A stretch of DNA of 64,000 bases from Octopus vulgaris (lineage: Eukaryota): positions 99,324,001 to 99,388,000 of the forward strand of contig OX597820.1 of assembly GCA_951406725.2 (NCBI GenBank), read 5' to 3'. This document shows positions 23,834 to 36,703 of the stretch, one piece after another. The notes under the pieces were generated by a model. That model did no database searches and had not been told where the DNA came from. It saw only the letters and a list, made by a program, of their open reading frames with translations. Each line of letters starts with the position of its first letter. The stretch's first letter is position 1. Both the position numbers and the translations under genes were made by a program.

Positions 23834-25714
23834 TGAGTAGCAAGTTAAGATTAGAAATTTGCATTCCGACAACTTCTATAACCTCCTACATACGAGCATA
23901 AAATCATTTAGAAACACTAACTATATCGTTATACCCATGAAAAAAATATGTACGAAAGGTATTATAACCTACATACGAGCATAAAATCAATTAGAAATAC
24001 TATATCCATGAAAAAAATGTATACATTTAAAGGTATTATGAACACACAAGTATGTGTGTGTGTGTGAGATTAACAATGTGTTATGCTGCTAAAAATAGAC
24101 GACAATGTAGATCATATTGACAAGCGTAATCCATGCATAACACAAATTCCTATGTTAAGTAAGCAGATTTTATCTTAGAAATCAAATAAGGCACAAAACT
24201 ATTTATATGAAACATTAATACCTATATTATCAAGGCGTGCAACAGGTTCAGGAGCAACTGGTCTCTAACCAACTGGACGAATGGCAGCAAAGTAGGTAAC
24301 AGTATAACTTGCTCGGCGAACTAAAAGCCAAAGTGATTTGGTCGCTGGAGTTAGTCGGTGAGTGGTATAATTCTTGTTATTGCACAGCTACAGGTCAGCC
24401 CAGATAGAGCAAGCCCTTGGCACAAAATGTTGCTGCTCAACTATCGAGGTGTTTTTCCACACAGTGTACATTGCACTGAAAAGCCTGGACATTCATAACC
24501 AGATCTTTTTCAAGAGTTTGTTCAATGAGGACTGGCCTGGATTGGAACAATAATAAAAAATAAACAGTTGTTGGCATCCTTTTGTCTCGGGAGACAACGG
24601 AATTGCGCATAAACTAATCCAGTCTGGTTTTTACATTTCATGTCCTCTTCAGTTTCCTCTCCAGTTTTGCGCAGGCCTGGGATAGATGTAAGAAAATCCT
24701 GGGTAGCCCAATCGTCAGGATTCCTCTCTCGACCTTGCTGATGTGGTCCAAAGGAGAGCAGAGCATTACGTTTGGCACCAGTTTGGTTGCAGGAGCTGCC
24801 GGAAGAGAGTCGAACACTAAATCGCCTACGGGAGTTCACTCCGGATTTCTTTGAAGGTTGTCTCCTTTCAGTAACCCTGGATAGGAGCCCATACCGGGGA
24901 CTGTCAGCCGGAGCCAGTTGAGCCCGGAACTCGTGTCAGGCAGGGTCGTCACTCCCAGAAGTAGTGAAGAAAATCGCTACCCACTACCAAAGTACTAATT
25001 CTACCATTTATATATATAAAAAAAAAGAAAATATAATGAACATGTAAATGAATGTTTAACTAAGAACGAAATTATTTCGAAGAGTTTAACAAATATTTCA
25101 ATCAACAGCAGTAACAATATACCTGTACAAATATGTTAGGCGGAAAATATAATGGATATAGCTGTAGTGTTCAAGGAGTTATTTTGCCATAGACGTTGCA
25201 CAGACGAAGTTTTTAGATATGACAAAGTTGCTGAAAAAAAAAAGAAAAAGGAAAAGTGTTGATGGAAGAATTGTCTCATTGCTCAAAAATCTAATTCAAA
25301 AGCGGGCTAAGTGTAAACCAATACATCTGTGCTTTAAGAAATACGGCATGGTGGGGTTACAAATAACAGCTAGAAGACCACTCCATGAAACATTGAGAAA
25401 GATCCTCTCGACTGAGTTGGGTAGGTTTAGAGTACTGTCAGCTGTACTTTCAGGACTGAGTACTCAGTCAAAACGTATGTAGCATAGACTCGGGCGAAAA
25501 TCCCCTTAGCTTAGATTTTTGGGCCCTATCAATTTTGAAAAGTCTCAAGTTTAAAAGGCCGAAAATGTGCTGATGATTGGAAGCTTGACTGATGAATAGC
25601 AAGCCACGAATGTTCCGTCCTAGTTTTCCTGTCTGTCTTCATATCGCCCATCTGTCCGTATGTTTTTATTGTCGTCCGTTATGTTCTTGTTCCGTTTATA
25701 TATATATATATATA

Positions 25715-26490
25715 AGGCGGAGTGTTGTGAAAGACCCATCACAGCCGCAGACGTACAGGATGCAATGGCAGGCTGCGTGGGACACAAGTCGCCAGGCTTG
25801 GATGGTCTGCCCTACGAACTTTATTGACATATGCCAGACTTGTTTGGAGCGTCTTGGCAGCTGTCTAATGCAACTGGCAGCAAAACGGGAGTATCACTGT
25901 CTCTGCAAAGCGAGGAGCGGTGGCACTGCTAAAGAAAGATCCAAACAAGGGGAACGTTAAAGATAACTTCAGGCTCATCACCCTGCACGATACAGATTTT
26001 GGCCAAGGTGTTAGCCGCTAGGTTGGCGCTTGTAATTGAGAGACTGATTGACAAGGCGCAAACGTGCACCGTGCCGGGCAGAAGTATCCATGACAACCTC
26101 CATCTGATGCGCTATATCATAGACAGGGTAGTTAAGAAAGCTGGCATGGGTGGGGCGCTGATCAATCGAAAGCTTTCGATAGGGTAGCCCATCACTACTT
26201 GGAGGCTGTCCATAGAGCGGCTGGTTTCGGTCCCATCTTCCGCCGTTGGATCACTGACTTATACAGTGGCATCCGATTGGTAGTTTGTGTAAATGGTCAT
26301 CTGTCCAGACAATTTAGCATCACACGTTCGGTTCGTCAGGGATGGCCCCTCTCGACACTTCTGTACGTATTGATACTCGAGCCACTACGGCGGAAGCTGG
26401 CGACGCTGAGGGGCATCCCGCGAGAACTGGGATGCAGGAAGAGCGTGTCTGCATACGCGGACGACGTCATCATCATCATAGTGTCGAGCC
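25715..26490 (+). mobile_element. Tx1/L1-clade LINE reverse transcriptase fragment
   Basis: KSPGLDGLPYELY, DNFRLITL, AQTCTVPGRSIHDN, SVRQGWPLS and SAYADDV across frameshifts. Confidence 0.85.
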
Positions 26491-26820
26491 ACTATGCAAG
26501 GGGGATAAAGATGAGAGATTGAATAAATGAATTTATGTGAAGACATCAGGGGAGATAACATTACGATGGCTATTATTGCTGCTGCTGCTGCTGTTTATTT
26601 GATTGCTGCGACCACTCCTTTTGAAAACAGCTTTGATCACACTATTAATGGAAGTTACCACATGCTCTTGCAGGAAGATGAAAAGTACAGTATTGAACGT
26701 TTATTTTATCAATGATTATATAAATAAATTTTTTCTCTACCTATTTCATTTAAGTACATATTTTTGATAAGGTTTATAAATAACCGAAATGTGTAAAATA
26801 AAAACATTTTTTAATGTATT

Positions 26821-26911
26821 TATATAAAGAAATTTACATGTACCTAATTTTTAAAAAAGTAGCATTTTAGTTCTTTTTTTCGTAAATATCTACTTACTCA
26901 TGTGTTACCTC

Positions 26912-26959
<48 letters not shown>

Positions 26960-27053
26960 GTAGAGGTAACACATGAGTAAGTAGATATTTACGAAAAAAA
27001 GAACTAAAATGCTACTTTTTTAAAAATTAGGTACATGTAAATTTCTTTATATA
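26821..27053. repeat. Perfect palindrome with 96-bp arms around (AT)n
   Basis: 26821-26916 is the reverse complement of 26958-27053. Confidence 0.92.
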
Positions 27054-27704
27054 TATATACTCGGGTATATATATATATACAAGGGTCCGGGAACAGGGGG
27101 TGCACCTGCACCCCTTGGAATTTTCAGGTGGTGCAAGAGCAAAATTTGCACCTCCTACATAATTTTACCAATTTCAGAAAATAGTGTCTAAAAAGTTATC
27201 TGGGATCTTTTCCTTTTGAACGGCAGTTTTCAACGCAATTTCTAGTTAACTAAACACTTTTAAACTTCGTATACTGGTAGAATGTGTCAAAATAAAACAT
27301 TTTTTTCTCTTGGCTTTCTTGAAAAAATTGTAATTTGTAAGTTTTACGTAGTTTAATTTTTCGAATTTTAACCAATCATGTCAAATGATACTTTTTCCAT
27401 CAGCCATATTATCAAACTAACCTTTAAATGCAGCAAACTCATAGGCTGCATCCTACGAACATTCATGACAAGGGAATCGGTAGTTAGTTTTATTTTTAGG
27501 GAAAATCCTAGTTCTGAGCAGTTTATATTACTGCTTACAATTTTAATCTTCTAACTCATCTGGTTACAATTGAAGGGTTACGAGGAATGTTCACTGGTAA
27601 AATACCTTCAGTTAAAAGTCTTATTTACCGAGAATGTCTGAAAGCGCTGAGTCTCTTGACACCCAAGAGAAATATATACTATCACATTCATATGGAAAAT
27701 TGTT

Positions 27705-27968
27705 GGGGGACATATGGCGTAGTGGTTAAGAGCGCGGGCTACTAACCCCAAGATTCCAAGTAGTGACCTGAACACTAACAACAACAACAATAACATCGAA
27801 AAATACATTAGGAATGAGAACACAGGTTCGAAATTTACCCAAGACACCTGAAGAAGGCTGGAGGGTATATCAGCCGAAACGTTGTGTTAACAATGAACAA
27901 GATGAGGACAAATACCCATCGGATGTAAATAATGTATATAATTCCTCATCTCTAAAATATAGAACTGT
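27705..27968 (+). mobile_element. tRNA-headed SINE-like element containing a hammerhead ribozyme
   Basis: tRNA-like head with A-box TGGCGTAGTGG (27715-27725), an (AAC)n linker, the ribozyme motif and an AT-rich tail. Confidence 0.65.
27843..27888 (+). ncRNA. Minimal type-I hammerhead ribozyme
   Basis: GACAC-CUGAAGA-A-GGCUG(10-nt loop)CAGCC-GAAA-C-GUU-GUGUU: core boxes, 5-bp stem II, 5-bp stem I and a loopless stem III. Confidence 0.7.
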
Positions 27969-28379
27969 GGAGGGACATGTTCCACACTTCGGCACTGGAG
28001 AGAGTTTTAATGCACGAACATTTATATACTCTAAGCTTGCAAATATACTACATTCGAAATCATGGGCTAAAATACTCTATCGTAACAATCTGACATTTAG
28101 AGTTCCCCCAACTGTTCAACTACCTATCTAAATTAAAAGAAATATAAGAGACACTTCTACTGAAACATTAAAAAAAACCCCTCCCAAAACACATTAGATG
28201 TACTCTTAATGATACCTTAGAAGTCAACCATTCAAGGATGATGCATTCTGAGGAGAACAGCTGCTAGAAAACTCAATCATAGACCACCTTCCAGTCAAGA
28301 AGCAACAACAAAACCTAATTGAAAATACATTAAGGCGGTGCTCTAGAATGGCTGCAGTACTATCATTACTTTCTAAAAA

Positions 28380-28650
28380 ATTTGTAGGGAACTTCCTCAA
28401 AAGTTTCGAGGATTTTATAACTTCCTGGAAAGTTTCGGGGGTCTCCCATCTTCTTGTAAAATTGACCGGAAACTTCCGAGGATTTCATGGAAAGTTCCCC
28501 AAATTCCTGGGAAATTGGTAGGAAACTTCCGGGGATGTCCCAACTTCCTGGAAAATTGATAGGAAACTTCCGGGGATTTCACAACCTCCTGGAAAATTGG
28601 TAGGAAACTTCCGGGGATTCCCAATTTCCTGGAAAATCGATCGAAAACTA
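28380..28650. repeat. 41-bp minisatellite
   Basis: Unit caacttcctggaaaattggtaggaaacttccggggattt, about 6 variably decayed copies. Confidence 0.85.
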
Positions 28651-29506
28651 CACTACATCCTTCAAAATTTTCATGTCCTGAAATCCGCCAACAGTACACC
28701 TGAGCACTGTATACAACAATTTCCTTCATCCTTACATGTGTGTGTGCTGACTTTCTGTGCAACATTTTATGGCTGTTAGTCAATGTAATGTCACACGCTC
28801 ACTTCTCTTCCCACTCAGTGTTCAATATTTGGTGCAAGACTGTCTCTTTCCTATCTATTTCTCTTGTCCTTCTCCTCTCCCATCTATCTACCTCTCTGCT
28901 GCATTCCATTTCTTCCTCTGTTAACTACCTACTGTCTATCTTTATTCCCTTATTTCTCCGCACTCTATCTTTCTTCCTACTTACTCTTCCCTAACCTTCT
29001 CTACTCTTTCTTCACTCGTTTGGTACCAAAAGACAATCCAATTTTTTATCACTCATCGTTTTTCTACTTGACCAGTGCATAGGTAAGACATCATTGTTTA
29101 ATGTCCATTTTCCATGTTGGAATAGGTTGAATGGTTCGACTGGGGCCTGGGAAGCTGCACCAGGCTGATCTGGCAGTGTTTCTACATCTGGATGCCCTTC
29201 CTAATGCCAACCACTCTGAGTGTAGTGGGTGCTGTTTTTACGTGCCACCGGCACAGGGGCCAATTTCCTGCCTAGTACTCATCTCAGATCCCCAGTTTAT
29301 CTTTTCTTTCCTTCTAACTTCCTTCCCTCTACCCCATCTCTCTATCCTTCTCATTGTACTTTTGGAACACTAGCACCATTATTTTCTTCCTTTTTTGTTA
29401 GTTTTTGTCATGTAGTATCCCACACTTTGAAATATTTGCAATTTGTATTTTTACTGCTTATTTTAGCTCTGCTTGATACATTTCCAAAATTAAACATTTT
29501 AATATA

Positions 29507-29908
29507 CTCTTTTTACTTGTTTCAGTCATTTGACTGCGGCCATGCTGGAGCACCGCCTTTAATCGAGCAAATCGACTCCGGGACTTATTCTTTGTAAGCC
29601 CAGTACTTATTCTATCGGTCTCTTTTGCCGAACCGCTAAGTGACGGGGACGTAAACACACCAGCATCGGTTGTCAAGCAATGCTAGGGGAACAAACACAG
29701 ACACACAAACATATTCACACACACTTATATATATATACATATATACGACAGGCTTCTTTCAGTTTCCATCTACCAAATCCACTCACAAGGCATTGGTCAG
29801 CCCGGGGCTATAGCAGAAGACACGTGCCCAAGATGCCACGCAGTGGGACTGAACCCGGAACCATGTGGTTGGTTAGCAAGCTACTTACCAAACAGCCACT
29901 CCTGCGCC
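29507..29908 (-). mobile_element. SINE family A
   Basis: Reverse-complement match to the 10874 copy. Confidence 0.85.
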
Positions 29909-30149
29909 TATATGCAAAATATACTTCACATTATTATATATACTATGCATTAATGCAAAAAATATTGTTTATTGGCTATCTTCAAAATGATCACACCATC
30001 AATGGAAAATTTCAATACCAACTTCCTAAGGCAGTTATGAAAGGCTATCAAGACCAAACACACCAAAAAACTGATGAATGGGGTCTTGTTTCATTAGGAC
30101 AATGCTTCAGCACACAAGTCTTTGGCTTTGGTTTCAATGGCTGCTGTGT

Positions 30150-30430
30150 ATGACTGGCTTTGAACTGGTTGATCATCCTTCCTATGTTAGTGATTTGGTT
30201 CCTTCTGGTTATCATCTGTTTCCCAACATAGAAAAAACACTCAGATGAGCACCAGTATCACTATGATGAGAACATCTTATCTGTTGTTGATGACCATTTT
30301 GATCAACAGAAAAGCTTCTTCACCAGTGCGACCCAAGCACTGCAACTACTAATGGAAGTGTGTGGACTGTAAGTGGAACTATGTTAGAAAATGATCTTCA
30401 TTTGGTCACATTCCATTGAGAGTGTCTTGC
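30150..30430 (-). mobile_element. Possible hAT C-terminal dimerisation-domain remnant
   Basis: Weak similarity to the ERxFSxxKxxxxxxR motif (..RSFS/LIKMVINNR) across a frameshift. Confidence 0.3.
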
Positions 30431-31821
30431 TCAGATTATGAACATTTCAGCCGGCCCTCATAATAATAAAAATTATTATTATACCTGCATTTGTTTTAAT
30501 GTTAACGTTGGAAAAATCCACATTTTTCATAAAAAAATTAGGACCTGGGTTTGCACCCCCTTAGCAAATTTTGTTGCTGGGCCACTGTGTGCATGCACAC
30601 ACACCGTTATTTACTTATTTAACTGTATGATTAGAACCCAGAACAATGAAAAATGAATTAAACATCGCACAATGATGTTTGTAATATTTTTACTCAGCTC
30701 ATCATTCTCTCAATAATAATAATAATAATAATAATAATAATTTCTTTGAACAAGACCAGATTTTGTTGGGAAGATTGTATAGTCAGTTGCATTTAAGACA
30801 TATCTTACTGATATTTTATTGAGAACAAAAAGAGAAAATCAAAATGACCTCAGTACGAATATTAATAATAATAGTAAGCCTTTCTTGCAATAGGCACATG
30901 GCCTGAAATTTTTGGGGAGGTGCTAGTCAGTTACATCAACCTCAGTACTCAACTGGTACTTATTTTATCGACTCTGAAAGGATGAAAGACAAAGTTGACC
31001 TCTGCAGAATTTGAACTCAGAATGTAAAGACGAATGAAATGCCACTAAGCATTTTGTCCAGCATGCTAACGATTCTGCCAGCTTGCCACCCTAATAATAA
31101 TAATAATAACAATAATAATAATGATAATAATTTCTTACACTGGTACAAGGTTACATATTTTTGGAGGGTCACTTTGTCAAATTGATCCAGTATACTACTG
31201 GCTCTTATCTTTTTGACTCCGAGGGAAAAAAATGAAAGGTAAAGTTGGCCTTGAGAGTAAGGCTTGAATTCAAAGCAAAAATGAAAGTAACTAAATATCA
31301 TTTTGTTTGGCGTTTCACTGACAATTCTTCGACCACTTTTTTAAGACATGTATACGGTAAATGAATTGACCTTAGTATGCTGCTAATAACTGTTTTATTG
31401 ATCCCGGTCAAATGAAAGGCAAAAACAGATCCTGCTTTTAAAGATTTAAAGAATAAATATCAAAGCATCAAGCAAACTTATCACACATTTCCCCAGTAAA
31501 TATTGATAATTTCAGCACCTGTAAAGGTGAGGTAATCCCCACAATTAAATAATCTTTTAAGAAGAATACATCACCAAATTCCCAGCCTTAATAATTTTAA
31601 TAATTACTTGTGATTCCTTAAGGCAGATTTAAGCCTTTCTGTCCAGATATAATGGCTGTGATAAGATATGAATACAATTGTCCATTATCCAGAAGACAAG
31701 AGCCTTATTCATTAATTTAATGAAGCCTAACAAGAATAGTACAAAAGGTTTTTAAAAAAAAAAGAATGAGAGGGAGAGGAGAAAAGCTGATATGAAGACA
31801 GCTGTCAGGAGCAAATCTAGT

Positions 31822-31827
31822 TTTATT
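31822..31827 (-). promoter_or_regulatory. Candidate poly(A) signal of GET3
   Basis: AATAAA on the minus strand about 220 nt after the stop. Confidence 0.4.
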
Positions 31828-32047
31828 GTGTACTGGGCAAAAGTAATAAAAGATATGCAGAGAGGAAGGTAATAGAGCAATTAGCTAGAGATGTAGCTAG
31901 CTAGTGACATACAGATAGAATCAATGAGATAGATAAAGAGACAGAATAGAGACATAGGGTAGCTAAATAGACTGAAAGAAAAGAGAGGGGGAGAAAGAAA
32001 GAGAGGGAACACAATATTGTGAAGTTGAAAGGGCTGTGGTTGCATTG

Positions 32048-32170
32048 TTATCGTGGTATGTAAGGGGTGATGAGATATTTGGAAAAACTCTTTATTTTTT
32101 CAGCCCCTCGTACTTCCTCATCCATCAAAGGTAGCTGGGTGATGTGGAAATCTTCATATAGATCAAGGAT
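32048..32170 (-). CDS. GET3: GET3/ASNA1 last coding exon
   Basis: ttctccAG|ATC. Translates to [40 protein letters not shown]. Confidence 0.95.
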   Translation of the reverse strand: MLDLYEDFHITQLPLMDEEVRGAEKIKSFSKYLITPYIPR

Positions 32171-32398
32171 CTGGAGAATAAAAAAAAAAAGAAAAGAAAT
32201 GTAATTATAAGTACAGTGTATATATGTAAGAGAAAGTAGAAATGAAATAAGCAAATGAATTATATTCAGTGCATGTGTGTCTGTACTTGAGTTGCAGTTT
32301 ACAGATATAAACATTAAAGTAATTAGTAGAGTCCATTTTTGAGTGAAAGAAAATTCGTAATTAAATATATATCAATGTTTCACACAATCAAGCAAGTA

Positions 32399-32888
32399 CC
32401 GTAAATACTCGAGTATAGTCCGCCCTTGAGTATAATATGCAGGAGATTTTTAGGGGGCTGTACCTCCGAAAAACCTAAACCTTGTGTATAATACGCACCC
32501 CATCTCTAATTTGAGTCATGTGTAATTAAGCCAGCAGTACCTAGTCGAACAAACACTTCCGCACATGCGTAATAGAATAATGGTGATGTTCTTAACTGTT
32601 ATATGGGAATGTAAATATGTTTGCAAATTGTTTTTGTTACATGTTATTCTGTGTTCGGAATACTTTTATTTTAATAAATGTTGCTTACTGCAAGTTATGG
32701 ATGATTCTTTTATGACTTCATTGCTTTCAGGCTTAGCTTAAGGTATTTTCACGCCCGACATCACGAAATGCATCTGAATAAACATTGCCGGACAGAAAAT
32801 AGAGACTCAGACATTGCATAGTACGCACTAGGGATTTTGACCATTAAATTTTTGGGGAAAAATGCGGATTATATTCGAGGATTTACGG
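32399..32888. mobile_element. pogo/Tc2-like MITE
   Basis: TA-CCGTAAATACTCGAGTATAGTCCGC...GCGGATTATATTCGAGGATTTACGG-TA. Confidence 0.88.
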
Positions 32889-34544
32889 TAGATGGATGTA
32901 AAGCAGAGGTGAATATGTAACCAGTTGAGGTGTAGACGTTGGTGATTTGTAGTGGACCAGCAGTGAATAATAATATTGTTTCATATCAGAATGGCTGATT
33001 TTTTTTTTTTCTTCAAATAAACACATGCACTATGTATTCTTTCTTCACTTGTTTATTACTATTCTTATTTTATTATTTTAACTCATGTCCATTGTCCCGA
33101 AACATTTTGTCACACATCTGTGACCTCTTCAGTGACACTTTTCGTTTTCGTGTGTGTTCTTGCTCCACTTACTCCATTCTAATAATAATAATAATAATAA
33201 ATGCCCTGATATAATACCAGGCAGTGGCTCTCATGGCTTCTGATCTTAACTGATTGAAAGTGTTATCATGTACATTGTTTTGTCTTGGTATAAAAGATGG
33301 GCTACAGCAAACATTCTGCTCAATAGCACAGAATTGCTTATCAGTTGCTTGAACTTAACCAGTTAAACATGTCTCTTAGTGGCTGACGATATGTGCATCT
33401 CTGATCATGAGTAGAAGTAATGGGGGAGCATCACAGTCATGTGTTGAGAGGAATTCTTTGGGGTTTGGATAATTCACCTTTGGAAACATGGGTGTTTTGT
33501 TCATCATCTTTAAATAACCCTGATAATCCATTTTGCTACAGGTACAAGGCCTGGAATTATGTGGGAGAAGGTAAGTTGATTACATAGACCACAGGACTCA
33601 TGTGCTGTTTATCTTGATATGAGATCACTATGTTGTGTACATATGGTTCTGATACATGTGCCTGGTGTACCCTTATCAGCCGGGTAGTCATGATGCTCAC
33701 CATGTTCATAATAATAATAATAATAATAATCATCATCATCATTATCATCATTTAACGTCCGCTTTCCATGCTAGCATGGGTTGGACGGTTCAACTGGGGT
33801 CTGGGGAGCCCGAAAGCTGCACCAGTCCAGTCAGATCTGGCAGTGTTTCTACAGCTGGATGCCCTTCCTAACGCCAACCACTCCGAGAGTGTAGTGGGTG
33901 ATTTTATGTGCCACCGACACAGGTGCCAGACGAAGGCGAAGTCAAATCTGATGGTATTTGAACTCTGAATGTAAAGTTGGAAGAAATGCTGTTAAGGATA
34001 CTTTCCAGTTTGCTAATGATTCAGCCAGTTTGTTGCCTAATCCTTTCTACTATAGGCACAAGGCCAGGAATTTTGGGGGAGAGGGTAGTTGAATACATTG
34101 GCCCCAATGCTCAACTGGCACTTATTTTACTGACCTTCCTAAAGGATGAAAGGCAAAATCAACCTTGATGGAATTTGAACTCACTTGCCTCAACAGGTCT
34201 TCACAAGTGTCACAAGAAGGAAGGTATGCACAGGTGGACTGACTACGTCCCAGGTAGGGGCCATGGGTTATGGCCTGACTAGTCTTGCCGGGTCTTCGGA
34301 TGGTGTTTTTATGTGCCACCGACACAGGTGCTAGATGAGGCTGGCGAACGGCCACGATCGGATGGTGTTTGTCATGTGCCCACCGCACTGACTACAGCAC
34401 TGATGGATTTCTTGTGTGCCACAGGCACTGGTACCACAAGATACAAATTCCATTGATGTTCATCTATTTTGTCTATTTTGATTTGATTTGATTTGATTTT
34501 CACTTGCCTCAACCGGTCTTCACAAGTGTCACAAGAGGAAGGTA

Positions 34545-34577
<33 letters not shown>

Positions 34578-35110
34578 CCTTTCTACTATAGCACAAATCC
34601 TGAATTTTGGAGGATAGGGCTAGTCGATCACATCGACCCCAGTGCTCCATTGGTACTAATTTCATCGACCCCAAAAGTATGAAAGGCAAAGTCAATATCA
34701 TCATTTTTTCATTTAAAGTCCGCTTTCCATGCTAGCATGGGTTGGACGATTTGACTGGGGACTGGCGAACCAGATGGCTGCACCAGGCTCCAATCTGATC
34801 TGGCAGAGTTTCTACAGCTGGATGCCCTTCCTAACGCCAACCACTCCAAAAGTGTAGTGGGTGCTTTTACATGTCACCGGCACGAGGGCCAGTCTGGCGG
34901 TACTGGTAATGGCCACGCTCAAATGGTGTTTTTTAAGTGCAACCTGCACAGGAGTCAGGCCAGTGGCACTGGCAACGACCTTGATCGAATGTTTTGTTCA
35001 CGTGCCAGTAAGGCGATGCTGGTAACTTCAGTGGAAATTCAACTTAGAACTTGAAATACTGCTAAGCATTTTGCCTGGTGCACTAACTATTCTTCTAGCT
35101 TGCCACCTTC

Positions 35111-35142
<32 letters not shown>

Positions 35143-36502
35143 CTTTTTTACTATAGGCACAAGGCCTGAAATTTTGGGGAAGGTGTCTAGTTGATTATAT
35201 CAGTCTCCAGTACTTGACTGGTGCTTATTTTATTGACCCCAAAAAGATAAAACAAAGTTGATGTTGGTGGAATTTGAACTTTAAGACAGACAAAATGCTG
35301 CTAAGCAGCTAGAGCACACCATCTTTGTGAAAAAAAAACCCCAATTACTAAGCTTAAATATTGGATTTTGCACCTTTGACCTTTAATGGATGAAATCCAA
35401 TAAAACCAAAAACAACAAAAAATACTGTCACATCTTGTGCTGACCTAGCAAGAGGGACACACTTATATATTTGTTTACAACATTCTACATGCATGAATAA
35501 ATTCTAAATAACATAACCCCAAATTTAAACAATAAAAATTTCTTCAAAACACCTCTTCATAACAACTCATCCTAAAAACCTAATTACCACTCCACTCAAA
35601 CAAATCCACAACAGAGACTGTATAAAGCCAAGAGTAACTTCAATGCATTGCAGGCTTAACTGGCCAAAACTTTGAAGTCACTGTTAATAGTATTTGTGTT
35701 TAAGAATAATAAATTTGTACTCTACAAAAGTATAGAATAATCCATCAGATTAATGTAATTTTTTTTATTATAACCGAACATAAAAATGCACACTCACACA
35801 TATATATTTAAGGAGAAAACTTGGAAAGAGAGGGAAATTGATAGTGATGATAATGAGAAGTTTCAAATGTGTCAAAGAAATGAGAAGTATTTATATGTAC
35901 AACATTGATTTTCCAGAACCTTTTGTTCCAAAGCCTTTCCCAATTAGTGATTTTTTCCAAAGTAGGAGTGGGCACCTTGGTCAACACACTCTGAATTAAA
36001 CAAACATTAAATCTACTTAGATAATTAAATGAAATACAGGTACCTGTACATTACTGTAAATAATCCTTTCTACTAAAGTCACAAGGCCTGAAATTTGCAG
36101 GAAGGGGACTAGTCAATTACACTGACCCCAGTGTTTCACTGGTACTTAATTTATTGATCCCAAAATGATGAAGCAAAGTCAACCTCAGCGGAATTTGAAC
36201 TCAGAATGTAAAAACGGGCGAAATCCCATTAAATTTTTTGTCCAGTGTGCTGATGATTCTGCCAGCTTGCCGCCTTCATTAGCATAATTAATACAAGTTC
36301 ATTAATGTAAAGGTACCAGTAAACTAGTTGTGGCAGCTTCAGGAATTTGAAGTTCCTGTTTGTAAATTAGTGTGAATTATCACAGGTCCTGGGCCATCAA
36401 TGCCTGCAGAGTTGATATTGTAGCTGTACTAAACACACCCTTTTAAAAGCAAATAGAGAATAGCACGGGGAAAAATCATAATGAAAATAAAATTCCACTT
36501 AC

Positions 36503-36703
36503 TTGATCGATGTATTTGGACTGTATTTTGTGACGGGATCTGCACATCTTACACGCCTCCTCACCTTTCGACACAAATAGTAGCTGGTTGACCACTACGT
36601 TATGAGTGTCGATGCCATAACGTGTTAGCTCCTGAACCAATCGCTCTGTTTCATACAGAGACAGGAACTCAGCAATACACACACACACAAATGTTGTTTG
36701 ATC
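36503..36703 (-). CDS. GET3: GET3/ASNA1 201-nt exon
   Basis: gtttcAG|GAT...CAA|GTaagt. Translates to [43 protein letters not shown]...[17 protein letters not shown], with the zinc-binding CxxC dimerisation motif. Confidence 0.96.

Noticed and set aside
24500-24990. GC-richer segment, possible LINE 5' UTR with an HDV-like ribozyme
   Set aside because: Could not draw the nested double pseudoknot or identify coding motifs; left unassigned.
27705-27760. tRNA gene (also the SINE heads at 10874, 12925 and 19727)
   Set aside because: No complete cloverleaf or T-arm; these are SINE heads.
28380-28650. CRISPR-like array (also the 60-bp units at 7800-8145)
   Set aside because: Eukaryotic context, no unique spacers and no cas genes; simple tandem repeats.
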